Shown here: piece by piece, positions 50,705 to 62,791 of the stretch
How the letters are laid out: each line of letters opens with the position of its first letter
Numbering within the stretch: position 1 is the first letter of the stretch
NCBI GenBank assembly: GCA_951406725.2
Contig: OX597825.1
Coordinates: 47,740,001 to 47,804,000, forward strand
Length of the DNA stretch: 64,000 bases
Reading direction: 5' to 3'
Source of the DNA: Octopus vulgaris
Taxonomy: Eukaryota
Notes under the pieces: model-generated
Database searches by the model: none
The model's input: the letters and a program-made list of their open reading frames with translations, nothing else
What the model was told of the DNA's origin: nothing
Program-made: the position numbers and the translations under genes

Positions 50705-51160
50705 TAGGAAAAGCAGTAAAATGTGACAACCGATGCAGACTTAGTGGAGTTTACATCGAAGATATCACGCAGATCATACCCAGTTGTCTGAAAATGTCAT
50801 CACGATTTATCCACAGATGAGATATGATGTTGTAGCTTGAGAAATTAGGCTTCTCAAAATCAGAAAGGAGAAAGCTAATTCGAAAACTATAGATCGAATC
50901 TATCACTGGAACTGTAAAAATCTGTAAAACTTTCTAGAAGTTTATCATATATATGAACATGTCTAGATATGCAACTATATGCATGAGAATATATACATAA
51001 AACAAAACATACGAATCTGCACATATACATACATACATACATACATACATACATACATACATACATACCCTGTTGTTGATGTTCAAATGAAGGAGCCTGG
51101 GATCTAGATTAGAAACCAGCTCTTTCTCGAGAAATCTTGAAATAAATCTGAATCATGACA
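50705..51160 (+). mobile_element. Third family D-like fragment (internally deleted)
   Basis: CRLSGVYIEDITQIIPSC (degenerate CCHC), LEKLGFS, SITGTVKICKTFL and GGAGCC..GAAACCAGCTC; CATA-type flanks. Confidence 0.65.
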
Positions 51161-51349
51161 TGCGTACATACATGCATACATTTGTCATTATATAGACTCT
51201 TATTACACTCTGTACTCTAACGCTTTACTCTTCAGGCTATTAGTATCACTATACCTAAGCGATATATATATATGTGTGCGTGCGTGTGTGTGTGTTTGTG
51301 TGTATACTCAGAATGATGGTGTTTAATCGGTTCGCGGTTACAATTGAAG

Positions 51350-51495
51350 ACAACTTGCCTAAGCCAAACTACGTAGTTGGGAAGCAAGTTTTTATCGCAC
51401 AGTCACAACTGTAAAGTTAGGGGCTATGTTACTTAGTGGGATTGAATCTGGAACTATGGGGTTGGAAAGCAAACTTCTTACCGCACAGCCACCGG
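51350..51495 (-). mobile_element. Degenerate tRNA/CORE-type SINE heads
   Basis: Reverse complement GTGGGCTGTGCGGTAAGAAGTTTGCTTTCCAACC..GATTCAATCCCACT. Confidence 0.55.
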
Positions 51496-51902
51496 TCTCC
51501 TCTATCCCCTGTAGGTAGACAACCCATCAAATATAGATATGGTGATCATTATTAAGAGTAAAATATCGTTATGAAGAGGTTGCTGTCATGTTTAGAAAAA
51601 AACATTGTGTTGAGAGATGTATTCTTATATATGTCTAGAAATGTTACCAGAGAAATAATTAGCAGCTGAATGAAAATACTGAAAATTTTAATGAATTATC
51701 TACATGTATGTGTTTTTTTTTTGTTTTTTTTTCGTTTAAGTTAGGAATACAGACAAACTTTTCTAAATAAGTTAAATGTCTTAGTATACATAGAGATGTC
51801 ATTGCTTAGATAAAAACGCTAGATAAAAGTATCACACTACATATAGATGGCTCACTATACGTGTAACACACACACACGCGCACACATCCACACCACATCC
51901 AC

Positions 51903-51939
<37 letters not shown>

Positions 51940-52351
51940 TGTCATTCTATAGATTGTTCATACCAAGCCACTGCAATCTACATTACATTCTTATCTAAAA
52001 TACTTTCTAAGTATTTATCGCGTCAGAATATAGAGTTGCTTCCCCTGCTCTGAAGCACTTGTAGAAATCTACTTGCTATTCTATTTGAGACTGTTTCCGT
52101 TTGTAGTAATGATTATGTTTTGATAGTCACTGCTCGGAAGAATCGAGAGCGGACACTTCAAGACAGGATATATAACCATATTCCATTTATATATTTTAAT
52201 TTCAATAGAAATATTATGATGTCATATAGTTGAATATATATAAATCTGGTATAGATATAAATATAAACTTGTAAGTATAGATAGGAATGTAATGGACTCT
52301 GAAATATACGCACATATGCGGACGCACACGCATAATTATGCCCAATAATTA

Positions 52352-52383
<32 letters not shown>

Positions 52384-52422
52384 CTGTCTGTCTGTCTCTG
52401 TCTATCTGTTTCTCTCTCACTC

Positions 52423-52460
<38 letters not shown>

Positions 52461-52620
52461 TCTGCTCACCTTCTCGAATTGTCTCAGACATTTACACTTC
52501 ACTCTCAGTATGACAGGCATTGGTAAATAAATAAAGAAAAGGTTTTGAATTTAACCTCTAATCTTTTTACATACAATAGACTCCCGCAGAATTGGTGATA
52601 GTGTATGACTTATCTAACTT

Positions 52621-53380
52621 CGAGCTGGCAGAATCGTTAGCACGCCGGGCAAAATGCTTAGCAGTATTTCGTCTGCCGCTACGTTCTGAGTTCAAATTCC
52701 GCCGAGGTTGACTTTGCCTTTCATCCTTTCGGGGTCGATTAAATAAGTACCAGTTACGCACTGGGTCGATATAATCGTCTTAATCCGTTTGTCTGTCCTT
52801 ATTTGTCCTCTGTGTTTAGCCCCTTGTGGGTAGTAAAGAAATAGGTATTTTGCCTGTCACTACGTTCTAAGTTCAAATTCCCCCGAGGTCGACCATCCTT
52901 TCGGGGGTCGATAAATTAAGTACCAGTGATATACAGCTCAATGTGAGCGACTTGCCCCCTTCCCCAAATTTCAGGTGCCTATAGTAGAAAGGATTATTAT
53001 TATTTAAAATGGCAGGAAAAATATTTAGTGGAATTTCTCCGTCGTTACGTTCTGAGTTCCAATTCCACCGAGGTCGACTTTGTCTTTCATTCCGTTCGTG
53101 GTCGATAAAATAAGTACCAGTTGAACACTGGGATCGATGTAATCGACTTACTCCTCCACCAAAGTTGTCGGCCTTGTCCCAAAATTTGAAACCAATTATT
53201 ATTTTAAGAAATGCGGCGAGCTTGGCAGAATCGTTAGCACGCCGGATAAAATACATAGTAGCATTTCGTCCGTCTTTACGTTCTGATAAAAATAAGTACC
53301 AGTTGAGTACTGGGTTCGATGTAATCCACTTACACCATACACCGAAATTGCTGGCCTTGTGTCAGAATTGGAAACCATAG
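52621..53380 (+). mobile_element. Tandem array of about four SINE type 1 units
   Basis: Repeated ACGTTCTGAGTTC..GGTCGATAAA..AAGTACCAG units separated by short ATT tails. Confidence 0.9.
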
Positions 53381-53384
53381 TTAT

Positions 53385-53880
53385 TTTTATTCCGCTTGTC
53401 CCACAGCATTTGTCGCTTGTGATGGGTTCGGGCCGGGATGGTACCTTCAACTGTCGAGCACTTCCTAATATTCTAGTGTTTCCAAGGCGTGTTGTTTTCT
53501 GTAAATGCCCCACCCTGATGTTGTCCTCAATATTCTAAATGTAGTTTTCAAACCTGCTGTTCACAGTTCCAAGCGCCCGACATCAACTGGAATTACCTTA
53601 ACCCTTTTCACTGCACACAAATGTTTATCTCTCAAATATTTTACCTCTCATTTCTATCAATTTTCTTCAACTCTTTGTCACAAACATTATTGTCAGCTGG
53701 ATATGCCACATCTGGAATCAAACAGCTTTTTGACTTTGTTAAGGATCATAGAATCTGGTTTGCGGCGTTTAGTTTCATGGTTACTTTGGGCCATAAAATC
53801 CCATAACATTTTAGCGTGATCATTTTCTACTACGCCTCTTAGTTTGTGATCATGCCACTAGTTTTCCCTTTTATGACCGT
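53385..53880 (-). mobile_element. Old 3' fragment of R4/Dong-like family G
   Basis: WHDHK..VVENDHAKMLWDF..RRKPDSMIL..DVAYPADNNV..KVIPV..HLQKTTRLGNTRIL. Confidence 0.7.
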
Positions 53881-54139
53881 ATTTCCTATATAATTCCCGA
53901 TGAACGATTTTCGTTGCGTTGTAATGGATTCGTCTGTATCATAGACCTGCGAAATGGAACTTTTCAAAAGTTGTTTTGAGAATTGTATGTTATTTTATAT
54001 ATTTCGTAAAGCTAATTCGAAATATTGAAAAAGCTCTTTCCCATCACCTAAGTTTTTATCACGATTTAATGATAAAATATAATATATAATTTGTATGTGA
54101 ATCCACATGTGGTAGTTTATTCCTATTAATAAAAACGAA

Positions 54140-54430
54140 TTTTGGTACTATATATAATCAACTACTCCCCGCCAAATAATTTCCGGCCTTGTGCTTCTCG
54201 TAGAAATGATCATTATTATTATTAAGGCAGCGAGCTGGCAGAATCGTTACCGCGTTGGATGAAATGCTTAGTGGTATTTCGTCCGTCGCTACGTTCTGAG
54301 TTCAATTTCTGCCGAGGTCAACTTAGCCTTTCATCCTTTTGGGGTCGATAAAATAAGTACCTGTTGAACACTGGGATCGATGTAATCGACTCATCCCCTT
54401 GTAGCAAAATTCGAAGCCATTATTATTATT
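54140..54430 (+). mobile_element. SINE type 1 (3' remnant plus one complete unit from 54226)
   Basis: GGCAGCGAGCTGGCAGAATCGTT..GAGTTCAATTTC..ATT tail. Confidence 0.85.
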
Positions 54431-54431
54431 A

Positions 54432-57065
54432 TAGAATCGATTAGGTTTAGCAAGGCACTAGCAATAGAGATAAATAGAATAGAAGGAAACCTTGCTAGGA
54501 ACTTGGAAGAGGCGCTTTAGGAGAGGCATTGCAGCTGACGTACTGGTGGCGAGATAGGTTCTGGACCAATTCTTCAACGCCAAGCACGAAAGATGCATTA
54601 TCAGAGCTAAGGCGCGTGCTCTAAGAAATGAAGGAACTAAAGCAGCTCGGTGGGTTCGAGTGACAGAAGCTCAAAAATCCACAATTCGGTCTTCGGTGGT
54701 CCAATGTGGGCGCACGGTACTTTTGTTCAAGCAGATGTGTGCGCCGTTTCAGTGGCACTTCGCCAAACTGTTTGAGACGAATTGCAGTGCCTACCTTAAA
54801 AGCATACCATGACTGTCGGCAGGTGTTGCGATATGCCAATAACAGTTGCGGAAATACGAGATGCGATGATGAGCTGCACAGGGAGCAAATCGCCTTGTTT
54901 GGATGGTCTGCCCTACGAGCTTTACTATTATATGCCAGACTTATTTGGTGGCTTTTTAGCAACTGGCAGTAGAACGGGAGAATTCCTAATTTTGTGAACC
55001 GAGGAGTGGTGGCACTGCTGAGTAAGAACCCAAATAAGGGGGATCAAATAGAAAATTTTCGGCCCATAATGCTGCTAAATGATGACTTCAAAATTTTGAC
55101 CAAGGTGCTAGCGAAGAGGTTGGCGATTATCATCGAGTAACTATTTGGGGATGCCCAAATATGCGCCATCCAAAGCAGCTCTATCCACAACAACCTCCAC
55201 CTCATGCGACACGTCATAGACAGAGTGGGTAATGAAGCTGGCATGGATGGGGCTTTTTTAGAATCGACTACCAATATTTAGCGGCCGTGAGAACGGCCGC
55301 CTGTTTCGCCCGTTTTTCGTGACTGGATCGCAGCAATGCACAGCGACAACTGCTCAGTAGTTCAGGTACGGGATGCGATGATGATCTGCACAGGGAGCAA
55401 ATCGCCTTGTTTGGATGGTCTGCCCTACGAGCTTTACTATTATATGCCAGACTTATTTGGTGGCTTTTTAACAACTGGCAGTAGAACGGGTCAACCATTG
55501 AGCTTCATGCACTCGGTCCATCAAGGGTATCCCCTCTCTTCCATGTAATAGCTTTAGAGCCACTGCTATGGAAATTGGGAGCATTGAGAGGCATCCCGCG
55601 CAAACTAGGACGTGGGCGACCCGTATCGGAATACGCGGACGACGTCACCGTCATAGTGTCGAACACCAGGCATATAGGGCTGGTCAGCACCTCTCTAAAA
55701 GAATACAGTGACAGGTGTAAAATTGTCCAGGAGTCCGTAGGCCTGCAACTGGGCACCTGGAGAAGCAGGTTCATGCCTTCCAACAACATCGTGAGACGCT
55801 TGACGGAAGGACCAGTTAATTTGCTCGGTGTATGGTTCGGTCTAGGTCTCCAGGTGCAGAAGAACTTGGACGAGGTGGCGAGCAGGGTGACCAATCTCAC
55901 TCAGAAATGGGCTGAGAGAAAGCTATACCTGAAAGGTCGCATCCGTCATCTACTACTGCCTCACCGTCATGCTCTGTTCCGGTTCGAGTCTGACCAAGGT
56001 GGAGCGCCTACTCTTCCGCTTTATGTGGAAGAGACGTGTTCCACTGGTCAGGCACTCTATTTGCTGTCAACACCCATTGAATGGAGGGCTGGATATGCCG
56101 TGGCTATTAATACGTAGACATGCGCTGATGCTGCAGCATCTCCAGCGTTTCCTAGATGGTAAACAGATCTGATAGCCGTTTGTCAAACGTGATTTCCCAC
56201 AGCTCGTCTCTTTCATTGAGCTACAGTCTTGCATCAAACTTAAACCAATTCGGGGCGCCTGGCACCTAGAGTGTCGTCAGGCACTCACATTCCTCTGCCA
56301 GTCGGGCAATGCGGTCGGTGAAAGTCCCACTATGGCTATCTATAGAGGGATAGTGGCTGGTAAGTGCGATGCCATTCTCTGGGTGTCGACGAGAATGAGT
56401 TGCCTGGTTTGTCCCGAAGAACTCTACAGGTGCGGAAGTGCAGGCAGCCTGGCTTGTCCGAGATGCACACAGAGCGACGAAACAGTACTGCACGTTCACG
56501 TTCGGTGTCCAAGTATTTCTGACTTGTGGGTTTATGTCGAACACCTGCTGTCACGTCTGGAGTGGATCCGACTCTCGACTAGCCCATTGTGAAGATAGTC
56601 CCGCCGCCTTTCTTTGGCCCATGATAGGCAAGCTATCTTTTTTTTTTGCTTGATAGCATTAGCCAAAAAAAAGGTTATGTGGTGGACCAGAGTGAAAGGG
56701 CTGCAGAGAGACTCTTTCCTTTTAGGCCAAGCCCTTATTAACTTTTTCAAGTTTTACTTGAAAAGGAAAATGAGGGCGGAGAGGGAAGTTTTTCCCTTTT
56801 TATTAAAAAGTAGGTGAATGTCGCAAGAATGGGCCTACTTTAAGCATGCGCCTGTAAAGAAAGCGGAGAGGGTGCTTACCTTGGTGGTCAGGACTTTCGT
56901 AGACTTGTGGGGTTTCAATGAGAACTCTTAGGAGGTTTCCTTCTTTTGGAGAATTTTGTTGTTATAATCGATTGTTTTTCATTGTTTACACGAATATTCT
57001 ATTAGTCCAGAGCTGAAAACAATGTCTTTTTTTTAATGTAAGCCATTTGTGGCTAATAAAGAAAT
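54432..57065 (+). mobile_element. 5'-truncated, decayed L1/Tx1-like LINE (RT, C-terminal zinc knuckle, 3' UTR)
   Basis: KSPCLDGLPYELY, ENFRPIMLLNDDFKILTKVLAKRL, HQGYPLS, EYADDVTV, LLGVWF, NGGLDMP, CPRCTQSDETVLHVHVRC; ends GCCATTTGTGGCTAATAAAGAAAT followed by (AAT)n. Confidence 0.9.
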
Positions 57066-57066
57066 C

Positions 57067-57122
<56 letters not shown>

Positions 57123-57183
57123 TATTATTATTATTATTATTATTATTTTTTTTTTTTTTTTTTTATTATTATTATTATTATTC
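57066..57183. repeat. (AAT)n switching to (ATT)n between tail-to-tail elements
   Basis: Direct reading; strand switch at about 57121. Confidence 0.95.
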
Positions 57184-57754
57184 TATGTTTGACTTTTGCT
57201 TTATGTCTGTACAAGTTGGCTCCAAGTCTCACCCAGAGACCTCAAGAGACAACAGGTTAGAAGTTCTGTGCCATATATTTGTGGGTTTTTTTTCTTCTTT
57301 TTGGTGTTGTACTAGTGAATGTCTAATACATAAAAAAAACAACAAATAAATAAATAATAAAAAAAAGTTTGTTTTAAACCTTGGGATTACATAGAGAGTA
57401 TTTTGCGTAGGATATGAGCAGTTCCCATGAGCACTATCTTTTGAATTTCTGCCATTTTGGGGTTTCCTGGTATCTGAGTTAGGTAGCAATCAGCCCCTTT
57501 TGCTATCATTCCCAGGGCACCTATGACAACAGGTATTGTTTTAGTCTTCAGCTTCCACATTTTGCTGATTTCTATTTCAAGATCTTTATATTTGCTCAGT
57601 TTTTGGTAGGTCTTGACAGATACGTTTATATCGATTGGGACAGTCATATCAATGAGGAGGCATGTTCTTTGTCTGAAGTCTTTCAATATAATGTCTGGCC
57701 TATTTGCATCTATCTTCCTGTCAGTTTGAATGGTGAAGTTCAAGAGGAGTGAGA

Positions 57755-57755
<1 letters not shown>
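57184..57755 (-). mobile_element. 5'-truncated family A (REL plus 3' UTR)
   Basis: NFTIQTDRKIDANRPDIILKD..KILSM* and the family A terminus; ATT on both sides. Confidence 0.92.
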
Positions 57756-57822
<67 letters not shown>

Positions 57823-57827
<5 letters not shown>

Positions 57828-59966
57828 TAGTTTTATTTTTATAGCGTGCTTTCACTTCACTACCGAGCGCAGCTCCGTGTGCCTTGGGTGTGTGCTGTGA
57901 TTTGTTGTGATGCTCTAATGGTAACTGTATTGAAAGTGTTTTGCGTAGGATGTGTGCGATGCTTAGTAGTGCAATTTTCTGTATGTTATATGTGTTTGTA
58001 AGTCCTGGTGTTTTTGTTATGTATTTGTCTGAATATTTTTTTATCGTGCCTAATGCGCCTACTATGATAGGCATTGTTTCTGTTTTTAGATTCCACATTC
58101 GAGTTACCTCTATTTACTGGTCTTTGTATTTTGAAAGATTCTCCATTTCTTTTAGAGAAACGTTGTCATCTGATGGTATTGATACATCAATTAGAAAGCA
58201 TGTTTTTCTTCGTGATCTCTGACAACTATATATAGCCTTAATTTCTCTATCTGTGTGTATTGGCGTGTTCAGAGTATGGTTGCTTTCTCGTTTTCTGTGA
58301 CATTTTCTGGTGTGTGCCTATAGCATCTTTTTTCTGTTGTTATTCCATAGTGTTGGCATAGCTTCCAATGTATGCAGCTCCCATCTCTGTCGTGTCTGTG
58401 AATATATTCCTTCTTAGCCAGGACTGGGCAGCCAGAGATAATATGATTTATTGTTTCTTGTCCATCTCCACATATTCTGCGTTACTTGTTATATTTCTTT
58501 TCATTATATGTTTTTGGTAATTTCTGGTGGGGGGGGGCTTTGGTCTTGTGCTGCAATTCCTCTGTCTCTGCTTTAAGTCTTGAGTTTCTCAACCATTGCT
58601 GGGATTTTTCTTTGTCTATTTCTTTTGCATTTAGTTTAGTCCAGTATTTGCCATGAAGGGGCTTTTCTTGCCATCGTTTTATCATGGTCCGTTGCTGTTC
58701 TAGTTTTAGTTTGGATTTCATTTGTTTTATAGCTTTTGTTATTTCTTCTTCTTCTTCTTCTTCTTCTTCTTCTTCTTCTTCTTCTTCTTCTTCTTCTTCT
58801 TCTTCTTCTTCTTCTTCTTCATACTTGTTAGGTGGTATGTTTTCTTGTTTGTATTTATCAGCTTCCTTAAATACTGGGAACAATTTTTGTTTTGCTCGTG
58901 TTTTGCCACTATTTGTATCTGTTTTCATTGCTTCTGAAGTAGGACAGCTTCTTTAGTGGCTGCAATGGCAGCTGCATATACTATATCATTTAGCTCAGTG
59001 ATATTGCTATTTGTTTCAGTGGCTATTAGTTCCGTGACGGCTAGGTTTATGCTATTTATTATTGATGTTTTTTTTTTGTCTATTTTGATTTTTGGGAGGT
59101 ATGGTCGGTGGCCTATTCTGAGATCTGTCTTTTTCAGTTCTTTGAATATTCTACTTTTTATAGTATCATAATCATTAGGCTCCCCTTCGTCGTTTCCAGG
59201 TTTTAGATTTGTGTCGCTTTCTTTCTCATTCGTATGTTTGTCTGTCGTGTTTTGGTTTGCTGCTTGTCGTGCATTATTATGATATTTTTTTGCGTTGAGA
59301 ATATATCTTCGTACGTTAGCTAGTTTATTAGGGTTCATTGCTGTATCGAAGTCTTTGTTTATGTTATTTTTCCTTCATATTTTATATGTATATGGTGTTG
59401 TGTTTTCGTTCTTTGGGTAGAGCACTGCTGTAAAGTAAGCGTGTAGCATTGAAATGCATTCCTCACGTGTCCATTTATGCCTTTTTGGTTTTATTTGCGG
59501 GACATGAGGAACAACGTCTGGCCCATTATTTTGACGGTCGTCATTTTCGTAGGGTACCGGTCCGTTCATTTCTGTTGTCACATTGTTTTGCACGTCTAGT
59601 TTTTCGTACTTTTTGTGTAACTCGTTCAAAGTACGTACTTCCCGATTGTTATTCTTGTGTTGAATAATACCGGTATTATTTAATTTATTCGTAGTTTTTT
59701 TTGTACATGGTGTTTGGGACCGGAGATGATCTGTTATTGATGGATCGTAATGTATCAATCATGTTTACATGGTTGGGGATGATATCAAGTTAAAATACAT
59801 CATTTCGTTTGGAAAATAGCAATAAATTTCAATGAGTATTACTTACTCGGATATAGTCCAATCCTTTGTCAGTTATTTTTTGGCTCCATGCGATATATTT
59901 GTTTCCGGTGTTTGTGGATAGATTTCGGAGCACTGTTTTATCGCTCTCACATGTTAAACGTCCCCT
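57823..59966 (-). mobile_element. Family B copy with both termini but the RT domain deleted
   Basis: 5' UTR, RHKWTREEC..NPNKLANVRRYI N-terminus joined at about 58945 to the post-RT linker, poly-Glu, CCHC, REL and 3' UTR; ATT on both sides. Confidence 0.85.
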
Positions 59967-59976
59967 ATTATTATTA

Positions 59977-60018
<42 letters not shown>

Positions 60019-60020
<2 letters not shown>

Positions 60021-60222
60021 GACGTCACACAGTACACAATATCGTGAGGTTGTTGAAGGTATTGTATCTACCGGGGGTTTGTACTGTTTGTCAAGTCACA
60101 ACACAAGGACCTCAGACAGACAGTACTTTAAGCAATATGCGTGCAGTCCCAAGTAATGCCGACTTTTGCCATACATCTGGATTGTATGGTATTTCTAAGG
60201 TTTTCAAATGTTTTTTTCAGAT
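60019..60222 (-). mobile_element. 3' end of R4/Dong-like family F
   Basis: KHLKTLEIPYNPDVWQKSALLGTARIL followed by GAGGTCCTTGTGTTGTGACTTGAC and an AAT tail. Confidence 0.7.
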
Positions 60223-60227
60223 TGAAC

Positions 60228-60385
60228 GGCATTGAACCCAGTTTCCATCTACCAAATCCACTCACAAGGCTTTGGTCGGCCCGAGGCTCTAGTAGAAGAC
60301 ACTTGCCCAAGGTGCCACGCAGTGGGACTGAACCCGGAACCATGTGGTTGGTATGCAAGCAACTTACCACACAGCCACTCCTGCG

Positions 60386-60388
<3 letters not shown>
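60228..60388 (-). mobile_element. tRNA-derived CORE-type SINE (type 3), 5' part
   Basis: Reverse complement: TGGCTGTGTGG A box, GGTTCAGTCCC B box, GGCACCTTGGGCAAGTG CORE-like motif. Confidence 0.8.
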
Positions 60389-60427
<39 letters not shown>

Positions 60428-60519
60428 GAATCCTCTCCTATGAATATCTTGCTTGGGGGTATATGTATGTGTGTGTGCGTGTGTGTATGTGTGTGTGTAT
60501 GTTTGTGTGTGTGCGTATA

Positions 60520-60576
<57 letters not shown>

Positions 60577-60772
60577 GTGGGTGTTTGAAACAATTTCCAT
60601 ACTGGAATACTTATCCAATTCTTATTGCTTACCTCTCTCTTTATCTTCAAGAATCTGCGATATTCCCATCGGAATCATTACTGTCAAACTCCTTGATTAT
60701 ACTAAACTAAGAATATATTTCTGTGCAGGAAGATCTTTCAGAACATAGACAATATCAATATTTAAAAGTTTC

Positions 60773-61092
60773 AGGGCGTCGAGCTGGCAGAATCGTTACC
60801 TCGACGGGTGAAATGTAATCGACTTACCCCATCACGAATTTGCTGGTCTTCTGCCAAAATTTGAAACCAAGAATCAAGGTGGAAAGCTGGCAAAATCATT
60901 AGCACGCCGGAGAAAAAGCTTAGCGGGATTTCGTCCGTCTTTTTACATTCTGAGTTCAAATTCTCTCGAAGTTGATTTTGCCTTTCATCCTTTCGCGGTC
61001 GATAAAACAAGTACCAGTTGAATACTGGAGTCGTTATAATCGACCTAGCTCCTCCTCCGAAATTGCTGGCCTTATGCTAAAATTTGAAACCA
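60773..61092 (+). mobile_element. Two tandem SINE type 1 units (first internally deleted)
   Basis: GAGCTGGCAGAATCGTT head and central domain; both end AAATTTGAAACCAA. Confidence 0.85.
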
Positions 61093-62740
61093 ATATGTAA
61101 CAGTTCCACAGTCTCTGGAAATTCTGTTTTATTCCAGCTTTCTAAAGCCTTCACCTTCTGGAAGTTATTTCAAGAAAGTCCCCTCTGGAAAAATTAGAAT
61201 CAGTGAAGTGTTGGAAGAAATTAAAGGAGTGTTATGAAGATATTCATTTTTGTTGTGAGATGTGTTTTATATATAACCGAGTTTATTAAATAAAGGATCC
61301 TGCATTAAAAGTGTGCTGGGTAGTGGAGATGAGATAAGGTGACTGATACTTTATCCTATGAAATGTATCCAATGTATTTTGTCACTGATCTTCTGTTTAT
61401 TCCATGGTTAATATAGGCACACACAATTAGATCACCCCCAGATAGCAAATCTACTTCAGTAATTTCCATAAAAGTTGAACATTGGGAGCACTAATCCGCG
61501 CAAATATCTATAATGGGTTCATAAGGACATAGTAGCATTAAAAATATAGATAAAAATCTACAGCGAAAATTAAGTTTGTTTGTTCAAAATTTACTTAGTT
61601 TTTCGCTGCAAAACATGGGGAGGAGGTGTTTGTAAAAGCGACTTCAATGAAAAGGAATGGTATTGCGTTAGAATAGGTTGCCGTGACATTAAAACAGAGA
61701 CGGATATGTGTTGTTGATGTTGTTACTGCTTACCCTTGGATATATCAATCAGTCCCTTACTGCTATTATTCTGTCTGCTTGGTAAGTCAGCGACACGGTT
61801 TCCATTCAAATTTGTAGCTGCTTCCCTGCAGCTTTAAGATTTAAAGCATAGACAAATACTGACAACTTCCCGTTTCTCTTCATGCCAGTTTATCAGTTTT
61901 GGATCTTTCTTAAGAAATCTATTTTTTCTCATTTCCATTAATCCAAATCCATATTTATCAAGCAATATATGCTATGACCAAGCAACATATGCTACGTGAC
62001 ATGAGTGAACTAGCAGTCACAGAATCCCCTAGATAACTACAAAACCCAATGGATACATAGACAACTAACCTTTTTGTTCTAAATTCACTCATGCATACAC
62101 GTATGTAAGTATTCATTTTCATAAAGAGTTGAATCCCGCATTATATATATGCACTACTTCCAAATTCTTATTGGGGGAAGATAAAATGTTTACTTTAAAA
62201 GGACATCCAGCAGGCTTTGCAAAGAGTAAGGCTAGAACTCCTTCCAGGATTTTTTTTACACACACGCAACTTAAAATAATATTAGGTTTGATATGGAGAG
62301 AAAAATAAAAGCGCCACAATGAAACACTTCCTTGCCGCCTACTTAAAATACTTTTTATTAATAAAATCAGGGTCTACACATCAAAAACATTTCTATGTTC
62401 TCTCAGTATTCTAAAAATGTTCTTTGAATTAAAATATGTAGTATGCTGTCTTAAGAAAACATTAGAGAATTAAGAAAACCTGCTGCCATTTCCACACTAG
62501 CAAAATTAATCAAATATGTTATTTCTAAATGTAAAAGTTATTATGAAACATGTTAAGTGAATTGATGTTAAAAAGAATTAATTGAATTAAATAATTAACT
62601 TACATTAGTTATGAAGATATTAATTGGTTAATTGAACAACTGTCTTTCTAAAACAGTGCCCATCCACAACTATGTGTCTCGTTTTATGAAGACAAAAGAC
62701 CGAAACAAAAATATATGAATAGTCTGAGCTAATAGATACA

Positions 62741-62791
62741 TAATATAATATAATATAATATAATATAATATAATATAATATAATATAATAT
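62741..62791. repeat. (TAATA)n pentanucleotide microsatellite
   Basis: Direct reading. Confidence 0.9.

Noticed and set aside
52621-53380. Regularly recurring conserved motif with variable spacers, superficially CRISPR-like
   Set aside because: The units are SINE bodies with Pol III boxes and ATT tails; the context is eukaryotic and there are no cas genes
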